From: Dehalococcoidia bacterium
GTDB taxonomy: Bacteria > Chloroflexota > Dehalococcoidia > Lucifugimonadales > UBA3495
NCBI GenBank assembly: GCA_965232845.1
Contig: OZ247428.1
Coordinates: forward strand, 2,333,543 to 2,397,542
Direction: 5' to 3'
DNA length: 64,000 nt
The notes under the pieces were generated by a model. It saw nothing but the letters and a program-made list of their open reading frames with translations, did no database searches and was not told the DNA's origin. Shown here piece after piece: positions 1 through 9,331 of the stretch. Made by a program: the position numbers and the translations under genes. How positions within the stretch are numbered: the stretch's first letter is position 1; each line of letters begins with the position of its first letter.

Positions 1-1
1 C

Positions 2-199
2 TATTGCGGCGGCTCGGGCGGCATCTGGGTGATCGACCCGTCGGGCAAGCACCTGGGCATAATCGACCATGGCGAAGCGGGGACCACTAACGTAGCTTTC
101 GGCGGCAGCGACTGGAAGACCTTGTTCTACACCACCCGCCACACCCTGGGCAGCGTGCCGGTGAACGTGGCAGGCTTGCCGGTGCCGACCGGCGGCTAA
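2..199 (+). CDS. C-terminal fragment of SMP-30/gluconolactonase/LRE-like beta-propeller protein (5' end outside window)
   Basis: Frame is open from the window edge to TAA at 197-199. Translation ..GGIWVIDPSGKHLGIIDHGEAGTTNVAFGGSDWKTLFYTT.. resembles the terminal blade (AFGG.D.KTL[FY].T) of this family. Confidence 0.6.
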   Translation, partial: YCGGSGGIWVIDPSGKHLGIIDHGEAGTTNVAFGGSDWKTLFYTTRHTLGSVPVNVAGLPVPTGG

Positions 200-277
200 A
201 CCAGCCTGCCCGGGTGGCAGGACAGCTACCTTGGCCGGACTAACCGGCCAGGGTTCCAGCCAAAGAGGGATGAGTCT

Positions 278-796
278 GTGAAAACCGGGTATGCACGTTG
301 CGCTGTCGTTGGCCTGTTGCCGGCCCTGACCCTGCTGCTGGCCAGCGGCGGCGCTCAGCAACCGCCGGAGAACCACCTGGATGTCCGGCTGGAAAGGGCA
401 TCCCGGGCAGACGGGGAGCAGCTGCCGGCACAGGATGACCGGGCGGCGTTGGAAGCCCTTTACCACGCCACCGACGGACCCAACTGGATTGCGTCGGACA
501 GCCAATTGTCCGACGCACCTCTGGGCCAGTGGCTTGGCGTATCCATCGACGCAAGCGGACGGGTTAAACACCTGGGCTTCGACGACAACCGGTTGAGCGG
601 CGAGGTACCCCCGGAGTTTGGCGATCTGGCCAACCTGGAAGTGCTGCGCCACTCATACAACCAGTTGAGCGGCGGGATACCCCCGGAGTTTGGCAACCTC
701 ACCAACCTGGACACCTTGCTCCTCCACGAGAACCGGTTGAGCGGCTGCGTCCCCAAAGGCCTGCCCTACAGAGACTCGGGAATGCCCAGTTGCTGA
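278..796 (+). CDS. secreted leucine-rich-repeat protein (plant-type LRR with LRRNT-like cap)
   Basis: GTG start. N-terminal hydrophobic signal-like segment (VVGLLPALTLLLASGGA), a cap motif (ALEALYHATDGPNW) and three ~24-aa repeats of the form NxLSGxIPPEFGNLxNLxxL. Confidence 0.75.
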   Translation: MKTGYARCAVVGLLPALTLLLASGGAQQPPENHLDVRLERASRADGEQLPAQDDRAALEALYHATDGPNWIASDSQLSDAPLGQWLGVSIDASGRVKHLGFDDNRLSGEVPPEFGDLANLEVLRHSYNQLSGGIPPEFGNLTNLDTLLLHENRLSGCVPKGLPYRDSGMPSC

Positions 797-894
797 CGGC
801 GGCTCTGGGCTACGCCGGCCGGGACTGAACATAGCTTAACCGGATATACGGGACTGTTTGCAACTATCCTGTATCCCGCATGTCCTGCTAATCA

Positions 895-1671
895 ATGCCA
901 TCGGAGAGGGATGAGTTTATGAGAACCGGCACGCCTCGTTTCATAATTGGTGGCATCCTGGTGGGACTGGGCGTGCTGCTGCTTCTGAGCAACGCCAACC
1001 TGATCAACCTGGACTGGGGCTGGGACTTTGTTCGGACCTGGTGGCCCGTCCTGCTGATTGTGTGGGGCCTGTGGGAACTGGTGTCGGGAGGATTCAGGTT
1101 CAGGATGTGGCCCATAATCCTGCTTCTGCTGGGCATCGGCTTCCAGCTATCCGCCCTGGAATTGTGGGAGTGGGACTTTTCCGTAGTCTGGCCGGTGTTC
1201 ATCGTGATTGTGGGGCTGGCCATCCTGCTGGGGCGCAGGGGCAGACGAAGCAGGCGCAGGGAACGGCCATCCGAAATCATCCCCGACATTGTTATCGAGG
1301 GCACAACCACCACCCGTGCCGGCACGGGAGCCAGTACCGGCGATTCGTGGCGCGCTGTGTTTAACAGCGTCGAGGAGAGGTATGCCGGCCAGGTCTTCCG
1401 CGGCGGCGAGGTTGAGTCCAACTTCGGCAACGTCGCCATGGACCTGCGAGAGTCGACTCTGGCCGGTGGGTCCGCCCGCCTGGATGTCAATCTGACCTTC
1501 GGTGGACTGCACCTGCGCGTCCCCCCAACCTGGCGGGTTAACCTCGAGGGCGTCAGCCCTCACTTCGGCCACGTGCAGGACAACCGGGTACAGCCCACGC
1601 CCGAGGAGATGGACGGGGAGCTGACCATAGCCGGCACGGTTACGTTCGGGAATTTGGAGATTGGGGACTGA
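895..1671 (+). CDS. LiaF/DUF2154-like membrane protein (cell-envelope stress family)
   Basis: Several N-terminal TM helices, an RRGRRSRRRER linker and a C-terminal beta-rich domain (NFGNVAMDLRES..LDVNLTFGGLHLRVPP.W) typical of LiaF-like proteins. The true start may be the internal Met at 919. Confidence 0.6.
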   Translation: MPSERDEFMRTGTPRFIIGGILVGLGVLLLLSNANLINLDWGWDFVRTWWPVLLIVWGLWELVSGGFRFRMWPIILLLLGIGFQLSALELWEWDFSVVWPVFIVIVGLAILLGRRGRRSRRRERPSEIIPDIVIEGTTTTRAGTGASTGDSWRAVFNSVEERYAGQVFRGGEVESNFGNVAMDLRESTLAGGSARLDVNLTFGGLHLRVPPTWRVNLEGVSPHFGHVQDNRVQPTPEEMDGELTIAGTVTFGNLEIGD

Positions 1672-1722
1672 GGGAGCGAGAGGTAATTTCGGCAAATTAG
1701 CCACCTTTGGAGGACAAGAGAT

Positions 1723-2211
1723 ATGCCACCACCGGAACGTTACAACACGGGCTACAACCTGGGCGTGGGAGGAGCAGTAATCAAGGGCGATAAACTGCTG
1801 ATGGTCCGACGGGCATCCCGTCGCGGCCGGGGCAACTGGCAGATTCCCGGCGGGTTCGTGGAGCAGGACGAGACCATGGAGCAGGCGGTGGTGCGCGAGG
1901 TGCAGGAGGAGGCCGGGGTAACCGCTGAGGTGGTGGGAGTGCTGGGCATCCGCAACCGCTACGATGAGGACAACGGCAACAGCATGTATGTCATTCATGC
2001 CCTGCGCCCCGTGGAAGGTGAACCCACCCCCGACGCCCACGAAGTGGACATGGCGGGCTACTTTTCCCTGGAGGAAATCGACGCCCTGGAGCAGGTGCCG
2101 CCCATTAACCGCGAGGTGGCGCGCCGGGCCCTGGACCCCAAGCGGCGCATCCTGGACCCGCAGCTTGTGACGCAACCCACCGGGTTGACCTATATGCTGT
2201 TTATTGGGTAG
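1723..2211 (+). CDS. NUDIX hydrolase
   Basis: Clear Nudix box GGFVEQDETMEQAVVREVQEEAGV (Gx5Ex7REUxEExGU). Confidence 0.9.
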   Translation: MPPPERYNTGYNLGVGGAVIKGDKLLMVRRASRRGRGNWQIPGGFVEQDETMEQAVVREVQEEAGVTAEVVGVLGIRNRYDEDNGNSMYVIHALRPVEGEPTPDAHEVDMAGYFSLEEIDALEQVPPINREVARRALDPKRRILDPQLVTQPTGLTYMLFIG

Positions 2212-2562
2212 GGACGCCCTCACGCCCGTCCCTTTTCCCTGAGGGAGAGGGGAGACCTGAACGGTTGACTCTCATGCGTGCCAGTAAGATCTCGCCCGCG
2301 TTCCAGGGCGACCACAAGGGTCGCCCCTACCGAGAGGTGCTGCGCCCGGCGCCCCGCTACGCCGGCCTGGCCACGAACACAGGAAGAGGGCTGCGGAGGA
2401 GATAAGGGCAAACGTAGCTGCATTAAGCCCTGGAATTAGCTCGCTCAACCAAACGAAGTTGGCGAGCGCAACTGCCGCCACACTCAGGGTAAACACCCAC
2501 TTGATAAGATTTGCTTTCATTGGAAATATTCTGCAAGAGGGTTGGCCGGGGAGGTACTGGAT

Positions 2563-2697
2563 ATGGCCGGGGAACAAATCTTTGGCATCACCGCTATGGC
2601 ACTGCTGTTCCCCCTGACCGCAGCTTTCTGGTATTTGGATAAGCGTCGGTCAGAACGGAAAAAGAAACACGGCGCGAAGCAGCCAGAAAACACCTGA
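2563..2697 (+). CDS. possible 44-aa single-TM peptide
   Basis: ATG preceded by GGAGGT 7 nt upstream. Translation MAGEQIFGITAMALLFPLTAAFWYLDKRRSERKKKHGAKQPENT has a TM helix plus a basic tail. Below the ORF-track size cutoff; no homology recognised. Confidence 0.3.
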   Translation: MAGEQIFGITAMALLFPLTAAFWYLDKRRSERKKKHGAKQPENT

Positions 2698-2827
2698 CAA
2701 TGCCATCTGAGAGAACCTAAGAATCCCAATAGTCCCCTTTGAGAACGTCCCGGAGACGCAACTTCCTGGGAGGCAACGGTTGGGATTCTTCATCACTGCG
2801 CTCAACAGTATGGCAGCCCAAACTTTT

Positions 2828-2856
2828 GGCCCTTCAGTCGAAAAGACTGAAGGGCC
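2828..2856 (-). terminator. 12-bp-stem hairpin 11 nt downstream of the nitroreductase stop
   Basis: ggcccttcagtc-gaaaa-gactgaagggcc. The flanking run on the minus strand is A-rich/mixed rather than a clean U-tract, so terminator function is uncertain. Confidence 0.3.
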
Positions 2857-2866
2857 GACTTGCTAC

Positions 2867-3301
2867 CTACGCTGGCCTGGCCACGAACACAGGAATCTTG
2901 CGCGAGGTGCGGGTCTGGTATTCGTCGTAGGGAGGGTAGGCCTCTACCGCCAGCGCCCACAGCCGCGCCCGCTCCGCATCGTCAAGAACTTCACTGACCG
3001 TCATGTCGTACAAATCGGCTTCGTCCCGAATCTGGACGTTGCCGTCGGCCCGCAGGTTGAAGACCCATGCCGGGTGCTTGGGCGCGCCACCCTGGGAACC
3101 AACCAGTACAAAATTGTCACCGTCCATGACCCGCATCAGGGGCGTTTTGCGGACTGCTCCGGTCTTGTTACCCTGGTTGGTTACGATGATGACGGGCAGG
3201 CCGGTGTTGCGCAGCGTCGTTCCGTCGGCGCCATCGCTGCCCTCGTAAAGCGCCACCTGCTCCCGCACCCAGTCCCTAGTTGAAGGTATGTATTCGGCCA
3301 T
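2867..3301 (-). CDS. deazaflavin (F420H2)-dependent nitroreductase-family oxidoreductase (DDN/PPOX-like)
   Basis: 144 aa. N-terminal ..WVREQVALYEGSDG.., then PVIIVTNQGNKTGAVRKTPLMRV.DGDNFVLVGSQGGAPKHPAWVFNL and ..IPVFV..P, the typical layout of the TIGR00026-type family. Confidence 0.85.
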   Translation of the reverse strand: MAEYIPSTRDWVREQVALYEGSDGADGTTLRNTGLPVIIVTNQGNKTGAVRKTPLMRVMDGDNFVLVGSQGGAPKHPAWVFNLRADGNVQIRDEADLYDMTVSEVLDDAERARLWALAVEAYPPYDEYQTRTSRKIPVFVARPA

Positions 3302-3455
3302 AACTCTCTCCTGGTCGCTGTTATTGGTTTGCCTGCCATATTAGCATATCGCTGATTATTTTCCGCTTCGTCCACAAGGGAACACGAAGAGTCACGAAGA
3401 TATTGCTTTCGGATTCTTCCTTCGTAAGTCTGTTGCTATCCTCAAGGGAAAAGGG

Positions 3456-4904
3456 TTATTGACTGTCCCTGGGCCGGTTGCGGAGGGCTGAAATCACCAT
3501 GGCCAGCAACATCAGGACAGCCATCGCCATGAAAGTGTAGCGCAGTCCCGTGGTAAAGGCGTGCCCCACCCCCTCGGCGGCGCCGGCTTGAACCGCCGAC
3601 AGGCTTGGCTCGTAGCCCATTGAGCCCATGGTAGCGGTGACGATGGCCGTGGCAGCCGCAATACTGACCACGTTGCCGGCGTTCCGGATCAGGTTGAGGA
3701 ACGCCGAAATCACCCCGTAGCTTTCCCGGCTGACCGAGCTTAATACGGAACTGGCGTTGGGCGAGAAGAACAGTCCCATTCCGCAGCTTTGCAGAATCAA
3801 CCCGGGCAGCACCGCCGCGAGGGTCGATTCGGCGGTCAGGCGGGACAGGATGAAGAGGCTGACGGAGGTGAGAGCCAGTCCACTGACGGTAAGGACCCGC
3901 CAGCCGTAGCGGTCGGATAGTCGCCCGCTCAACGGGCCCAGGAAGAGCATACACACCGCGCCGGGAACCAGGGTAAGGCCGGTTTGGGTAGGGCTGTAGC
4001 CAAGGACACCCTGCAGATAAAAGGGCGTCAGAAAGAAAATGGATATTCCCCCCATAAAGGTCAGGAATGCGGCAGAAACCCCGCAGGAGAAAACGGGCAC
4101 CTTGAAGTAGCGAAGCTCCAGCATCGGGTTGGCCGTCCGCAACTCCCACCAGATAAAACCGGCCAGCAGAATCAGGAACCCAACCAGGCCGGCCAGAATC
4201 GGGGGAGACGACCAACCGAAACGGTGGGCGTAGGTAACGGACAACAGAAGAAGGACGAGCATACCCGTAGACAGGGTTGCTCCCTGCCAGTCGAAACCGG
4301 AGCGCCGATTCTCGGGCCGGCCGCCGGTCTGGTTGGAAAGTACCGCGATGCCCAGGCCAACGGCTAACGCCATCATCGGGATGTTAACCAGGAAGACGGC
4401 CCGCCAATTGAACAGGTCCAGCAGGAAGCCACCCAGCGCCGGGCCGACGATAGCGCCGCTGCTGACCACTCCCATCATCAATCCGATGGCCTTGCCCCGC
4501 TCGCTGGCGGGGAAGGCGGCGGCGATAATTGCCATGCCGGTGCCCTGGGTCATGGCCGCTCCCGCTCCCTGGATAACCCGTGAACTGATCAGCATGCTCA
4601 GGTTTAGGGACAAACCAGCGGCAATAGCAAAGAGGGCGAATATAAGGGAGCCGATGATGTAGACCTTTTTCAGTCCGATGATGTCGGACAGGCGGCCCAT
4701 GGGCAGCAGCAGGGCGCTGATTGTTAGCGTGTAACTGATGACTACCCATTGCACCGTGGGAATGTCGCTGTTGAAGTGGCCCGCAACAGGGTGCAGGGCG
4801 ACATTTACGCCGACTTGATCGGCCACCGACGCAAAGGTGCCGATGGCGACGGCGATGAAGGCCCACCATTTGTAGTTTGTGCTCTGCCTGACGGCGGTAA
4901 TCAT
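3456..4904 (-). CDS. MFS transporter, DHA2 (14-TMS EmrB/QacA-like) drug-efflux family
   Basis: 482 aa and multi-TM. Motifs GRLSDIIGLKKVY and ..RVIQGAGAA.. are typical of DHA2. Confidence 0.9.
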   Translation of the reverse strand: MITAVRQSTNYKWWAFIAVAIGTFASVADQVGVNVALHPVAGHFNSDIPTVQWVVISYTLTISALLLPMGRLSDIIGLKKVYIIGSLIFALFAIAAGLSLNLSMLISSRVIQGAGAAMTQGTGMAIIAAAFPASERGKAIGLMMGVVSSGAIVGPALGGFLLDLFNWRAVFLVNIPMMALAVGLGIAVLSNQTGGRPENRRSGFDWQGATLSTGMLVLLLLSVTYAHRFGWSSPPILAGLVGFLILLAGFIWWELRTANPMLELRYFKVPVFSCGVSAAFLTFMGGISIFFLTPFYLQGVLGYSPTQTGLTLVPGAVCMLFLGPLSGRLSDRYGWRVLTVSGLALTSVSLFILSRLTAESTLAAVLPGLILQSCGMGLFFSPNASSVLSSVSRESYGVISAFLNLIRNAGNVVSIAAATAIVTATMGSMGYEPSLSAVQAGAAEGVGHAFTTGLRYTFMAMAVLMLLAMVISALRNRPRDSQ

Positions 4905-4916
4905 AGGGCTTTCAGT

Positions 4917-4984
4917 ACTACTCCAGTTCCCTTACTACTCCAGTTCCCTTACTACTCCAGTTCCCTTACTACTCCAGTTCCCTT
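4917..4984. repeat. perfect 17-bp x4 tandem repeat (actactccagttccctt)
   Basis: Four identical head-to-tail units at 4917, 4934, 4951 and 4968. The last unit carries the final codons and TAG stop (4969-4971, minus strand) of the upstream MFS gene. Confidence 0.95.
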
Positions 4985-6273
4985 GTGCTCCGGAATAAGA
5001 CGGCCTGCACTATCGCGATAAACAACGAGGCCGATGCAATGATGGTAAAGATCCAGGAAGGATCCCACAAATCGATGCACAGGCCAATGACCAGCGTGGC
5101 CAGGGGTGTGATGCCATGGTCAAGCATGTAAATGCTCATCACGCGGCTGCGGAAAGCGTCGGGAACCACCGTCTGAATCAGGGTGCTGTTGGCGACCCGG
5201 AAGACATACTGGCTAAAGCCCAGTCCCGTCAGCATGGCAAAGGAGACCCACAACCAATGGGACTGGGAAAAGAGCAGGATAAAGCCGCAACCGGCTATCA
5301 GCCCCAGAAAGACGGCCAGCCCCTTGCGCATCAGGTAGCCGATGCCGGCGACGAATACGGCCGCTACTACGCCTCCCAGGCCCACCGCAGCCGCCAGGGC
5401 CCCGCCGGCGCCGATATCCCGCTTCAGGATCTCGACGGTAAATACCGGCAGAAAGAATATCACCGGCTGGAACAGCAGGTTGGGAATAATGGACATTACG
5501 ATGAGCTGGAGTATCCGTTTCTCGTTCTTGACGTATTGCAATCCCGAGACGAGGCTGGACCATGGGGAAGAACGCTGGCGAGAGCCCTCGGTGCGGTAGG
5601 GCAGCTTGACGGGTATTAACAGCAGCACAATGAACACGTACAGCACTGCCTCAATGAAGAAATTCCACTTGAAGCCCAGCGCGGCCACCAGGAGGGCACC
5701 AATAGCCGGGGAAATAATCCTAGTGCTGGGATAAACCATGCCGTTCAACGACAGGGCGCTGGCCAGGGCGTTGCGGGGCACCGTGTTAGCCACCATGGCC
5801 TGCCGTACCGGCTGAATGATGCTATGGGCCACGCCGGCGAAGGTCATATAGATGAAGGGGTGCCACCACTTCAGGGGCCCGGTAATTTCTTCGGCGTCCA
5901 GGTCGGTGAGGATCACCAGGGTGGCAAAAATCGTTGCGGCAACCGCCATCACCGACTGGACCAGCATCACCAGTTTGCGCCGGTCCACCCGGTCGCCCAA
6001 CACACCGGCCCAGGGGCCGATCAGGAGGACCGGCAACGACCGTATGCCGACCACCATGCCAGTGAGCAGCGCATTGCCGTCGGTCAGGTGGTGCACGAGC
6101 CAGCCAATGGTGAAAAGCTGGAGCCACTGGGCGCCAATGGCAACAAAATTTCCGGCCCAAATGAAGCGGAAATCCTTGTACTGCTTGACGGTGGCGAAGG
6201 CGTCGAGGCCGGCTACTCTTCTGCGGCGGGGGGTCTCTGCGGCGGCTTCCTGCTGGGGCGCGTTAGTCGCCAT
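4969..6273 (-). CDS. MFS transporter (MFS_3 / EntS-like family)
   Basis: 434 aa, ~12 TM helices. FRFIWAGNFVAIGAQWLQ..GPWAGVLGDRVDRRKL is typical of the MFS_3 (DUF894) group. Confidence 0.85.
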   Translation of the reverse strand: MATNAPQQEAAAETPRRRRVAGLDAFATVKQYKDFRFIWAGNFVAIGAQWLQLFTIGWLVHHLTDGNALLTGMVVGIRSLPVLLIGPWAGVLGDRVDRRKLVMLVQSVMAVAATIFATLVILTDLDAEEITGPLKWWHPFIYMTFAGVAHSIIQPVRQAMVANTVPRNALASALSLNGMVYPSTRIISPAIGALLVAALGFKWNFFIEAVLYVFIVLLLIPVKLPYRTEGSRQRSSPWSSLVSGLQYVKNEKRILQLIVMSIIPNLLFQPVIFFLPVFTVEILKRDIGAGGALAAAVGLGGVVAAVFVAGIGYLMRKGLAVFLGLIAGCGFILLFSQSHWLWVSFAMLTGLGFSQYVFRVANSTLIQTVVPDAFRSRVMSIYMLDHGITPLATLVIGLCIDLWDPSWIFTIIASASLFIAIVQAVLFRSTRELE

Positions 6274-6737
6274 GTGTGATGTTGTGAACCAAGCGGGTCA
6301 ACCTGTCCTTTGGTGGTGGGGGCAACCTAACGATACTAGCACAAACCGCGCCGACTTTCATTCCCTTTCAAGATACTGACAGGGCAACAATATCAGGCCT
6401 TTCTGCTAAGAGGTGAGACAAAGCACTTCCGAAATCGGTTGCGCAGGCACAATTCCTCCCCCAGACAGCAAACCCTTCATTAGTTTGGGTCAAGAATTCA
6501 AAAGAATGGAGAGAGATGTGATCGATGTGAAATGGCGGGAGCTTTTGAATGCGGGTATTCCTTCCGTGGCATAGCCCATAAGACATACCCATTGACCTGG
6601 CCGAAGTGTGGAATGTAACCGGATTAGGCAACTTCGGGCCCCTGCAGAAGGGTTGTCACCCTGGGGCCCGACAGCCGCGAGCGTTGGAGACTTCCGTTGC
6701 CTGTGGAAAGATTGAGAGGCCTGTTCCAACCGGGCCC

Positions 6738-7337
6738 TCAGCCTCTGGCGGCGGCCAGTTCGAGCAGCCTTGCTACCGTCCTCCAGTTTCGCGTTGTGCT
6801 TGTTGTCGTAAGCCTGGAGTCGAAATAGCTGTTGGTGAGCCTGGTGCGGGCAAATCCCTCGGGACAGTGGAGATAGACTTCACGGCCAAGCACCGCGAAC
6901 TCGTCTCCGGGCGAACGATTCGGGTCAAGGGACTCAAGGGCCACGGCGTCAGGCTGACCTGCGAGAAAGACTACGTGCAGTTTATCTGCTTCCGCACCGG
7001 CTTCGACGAAGGGATTGGCCCCCACGACCTCGCCAAGCTCCTGAGCAGTGCGGGTTATTATGGGAACCCGATAGCCGAAGCGATTAAAGATCGCCGTGCT
7101 GATGAGAGCTGGAATATCTCCTCCCAGCGCGGGGTCACTTCGAAAGAGAACATTCCCGCTCTGAATGTAGGTCCGAACATCGTCGCAGCCAGCGCCTACA
7201 AACATCTCAACGAGTTCTTTCATCGGCAGCCTGTTCCTTCCGCCGACGTTAATGCCGCGAAGCAACGCAATATGGACGCCATTCACTCCGGTACCTTCGT
7301 CAGCGGGCATGTTGGCTTTGTTCCCTGGCAGAGCCAC
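6738..7337 (-). CDS. DUF1697 domain protein
   Basis: HIALLRGINVGGRNRLPMKELVEMF...VRTYIQSGNVLF is the DUF1697 signature. The start may lie further downstream than the first Met. Confidence 0.8.
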   Translation of the reverse strand: MALPGNKANMPADEGTGVNGVHIALLRGINVGGRNRLPMKELVEMFVGAGCDDVRTYIQSGNVLFRSDPALGGDIPALISTAIFNRFGYRVPIITRTAQELGEVVGANPFVEAGAEADKLHVVFLAGQPDAVALESLDPNRSPGDEFAVLGREVYLHCPEGFARTRLTNSYFDSRLTTTSTTRNWRTVARLLELAAARG

Positions 7338-7491
7338 CGTTTATCCTTCCGAGTATCATGACGCGTATCCCTCCAACTGAGTCGTTGAGTTCTTCCGACG
7401 GCATGGTGCGTCGTCCTTCAAGAAGAGCCCGTTAACGATTAAGGAAGTTCTACTGTCCCTTGACGGAAAGAGGCCGAGGAGAGGAAGCCTC

Positions 7492-8451
7492 CTAAATCCC
7501 CAGCAGTTTCTCCAGGTTCTTCCAGAGGATTGCATCCTTCTCCTCTTGCGTAAGGCTGGGCAGGCCCTGCACCCAGGACACGGGCCAGTCGATGCGCATG
7601 TTGGCAGGCCAGTCAGTGCCCAGTACCACGCGGTCTACGCCAACGGTGTCGATCAGCATTCGCAGGGCCGGTTCGCTGTGAGTCAGGCAGTCGTAATGGA
7701 AGCGGCGCAAGTAGGCGCTGGGCGGCTGGGTAATGTTGGAGCGGACGTCGGAGCGCACCTGCCAGCCCCGGTCCATGCGTCCGATGCCGAAGCAGGTGTA
7801 GCCGCCGCCGTGGGCCAGGCACACCTTCAGGTCGGGGCACTTGTCCATAACCCCGCCAAAGACCAGGGAAGCAAAGGTGATGGCCCGGTCGGTCAGGTTG
7901 CCGATGGTATTGGGCAGGTGCCAGCTTTCGGTACGGGCCTCCACCACCGTGGGGTCGCCCTGGTGTACGAAAATCAGCGCCCCCATCTGCTCCACGGCCT
8001 GCCAGAAGGGCAGAAACCGGGGATGGTCGAAGGTCACGTTGTTTACCTTGTCGTCAATCATTGCACCCACCATGCCCAGTTGGTTAACGGCCCGGTCCAG
8101 CTCGGCGATAGCGGCGGGGATGTCCTGCATGGGCAGGGTGGCAAAGCCCTTAAACCGGTCGGGATGGTCCATGGTCAACTGGTGCACCTCGTCGTTGCAG
8201 TCCCGGGCAATGGCCAGGGTAACGGCGGGTTCACGGTCATACATGTAGAAGGCGGAACTGGTCGACACCACCTGGATGTCCACGCCCAGGGAGTCCATAT
8301 CGGCAATGCGCTGTTCCGGCGTCCATTCCTCCATAGGGTCGATGTCGGCTTCGTCGCTGTCGGCTGTCAAGCCGTGCCAAGACTGACCAGCGGCAACGGC
8401 CCGCTGAAAACACTGGGGTTCCTGGTGGGCGTGAATGTCAATGGCGCGCAA
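7492..8451 (-). CDS. amidohydrolase-2 family protein (ACMSD-like metal-dependent hydrolase/decarboxylase)
   Basis: N-terminal IDIHAHQ metal motif, ..FVHQGDP.., ..CLAHGGG.. and a C-terminal ..LGTDWP.. pattern. Confidence 0.85.
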   Translation of the reverse strand: MRAIDIHAHQEPQCFQRAVAAGQSWHGLTADSDEADIDPMEEWTPEQRIADMDSLGVDIQVVSTSSAFYMYDREPAVTLAIARDCNDEVHQLTMDHPDRFKGFATLPMQDIPAAIAELDRAVNQLGMVGAMIDDKVNNVTFDHPRFLPFWQAVEQMGALIFVHQGDPTVVEARTESWHLPNTIGNLTDRAITFASLVFGGVMDKCPDLKVCLAHGGGYTCFGIGRMDRGWQVRSDVRSNITQPPSAYLRRFHYDCLTHSEPALRMLIDTVGVDRVVLGTDWPANMRIDWPVSWVQGLPSLTQEEKDAILWKNLEKLLGI

Positions 8452-8727
8452 GAGGTGGCCTCCTGGTGGGTGGATTGAACGGCGTAGTTGAGGGTACAGG
8501 GGTGGGTTGAGGGAGTCAACAATACAGAACGTTCAATGACCACATACAGTTTTTGTAAAGGGGATTAGGCCTCCGAACATCGTTGCATCTCCAGTTTAAA
8601 TGGCTAAGGCAGGCTGATTCACAAGACTAACATTGCATAGGAAGGTATTGCGGCCAGAGTTATAATTTGACAATGAGTTCTGTTTCCATCGACCTGTTTC
8701 CATTGATCTTTGCGCGCAGGTGCGAAA

Positions 8728-9006
8728 ATGACGACGAAGAATCCAACTTCTGTTCAAGAAAAACTGGATGCCGCACTGGCTGCAATAGAAACTCTGCAAG
8801 AGACGGTAAGCGAACTTACCAGTAAAGTTAATTCGCTGGAGGAAATGGTTAAGGAATCCAACGACATCCTTGTCGCTTTTTCCCAGTCCTACTACTGGAC
8901 ACCGGAGTGGCAGGCCAAGGAGGCCAAAGCGGATGAAGAGGCCCGCTTGGGTCTAGGCAAAGTTTATGAAGACGTAGAAGACTTCATCCGGGAAATGAAC
9001 CAATAG
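8728..9006 (+). CDS. putative antitoxin (coiled-coil N-terminus, C-terminal YWTPEWQAKEAKADEE..VYEDVEDFIREM tail)
   Basis: ATG at 8728 behind AGGTG. The C-terminal W..EWQ..E.EADE...G....F...EDLI-like tail is common in antitoxins paired with RelE/ParE-type toxins. Sits immediately upstream of a toxin-like frame. Lower G+C by eye. Confidence 0.5.
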   Translation: MTTKNPTSVQEKLDAALAAIETLQETVSELTSKVNSLEEMVKESNDILVAFSQSYYWTPEWQAKEAKADEEARLGLGKVYEDVEDFIREMNQ

Positions 9007-9098
9007 GAATTCCCAGTTTTACTCTCCTATTTTCTGAAAGGTCCGTTAAAGACTACGAAAGCAAGTCGGCGGAAGTTCGTTCAGAACTGGATCAAGCT

Positions 9099-9296
9099 TT
9101 GAGATTCCTTCAGGACCCAGGCCCAACCCACAACAGCTTGAATAGCCATCGAGTAAGAGACAGGCGGGCACAAAGGGAGGAAGGCGTACAAGTCTGGGAG
9201 CCCTACATCACTTGGAGCCACAGACTTACCTGGCATTACCGGCCGGGTTTCGTGGTTTATCTAAGGTCAACAAACGGCCACGAAATTCTGCCGTAG
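9099..9296 (+). CDS. RelE/ParE-superfamily toxin-like ORF with unclear start (possibly disabled)
   Basis: ..FLQDPGPTHNSLNSHRV..VWEPYITWSHRLTWHYRPGFVVYLRSTNGHEIL fits the NP.HPSL..H.L..W..Y.T...R..W....G...L...G.H pattern. The frame is open back to 8970 and family-like sequence (FTLLFSERSVKDYE) starts near 9015. No ATG/GTG occurs before the TTG at 9099. Confidence 0.45.
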   Translation: MRFLQDPGPTHNSLNSHRVRDRRAQREEGVQVWEPYITWSHRLTWHYRPGFVVYLRSTNGHEILP

Positions 9297-9331
9297 AAGC
9301 GGTCTTCAGCCCACAGCAGCATTGGTTCCAC

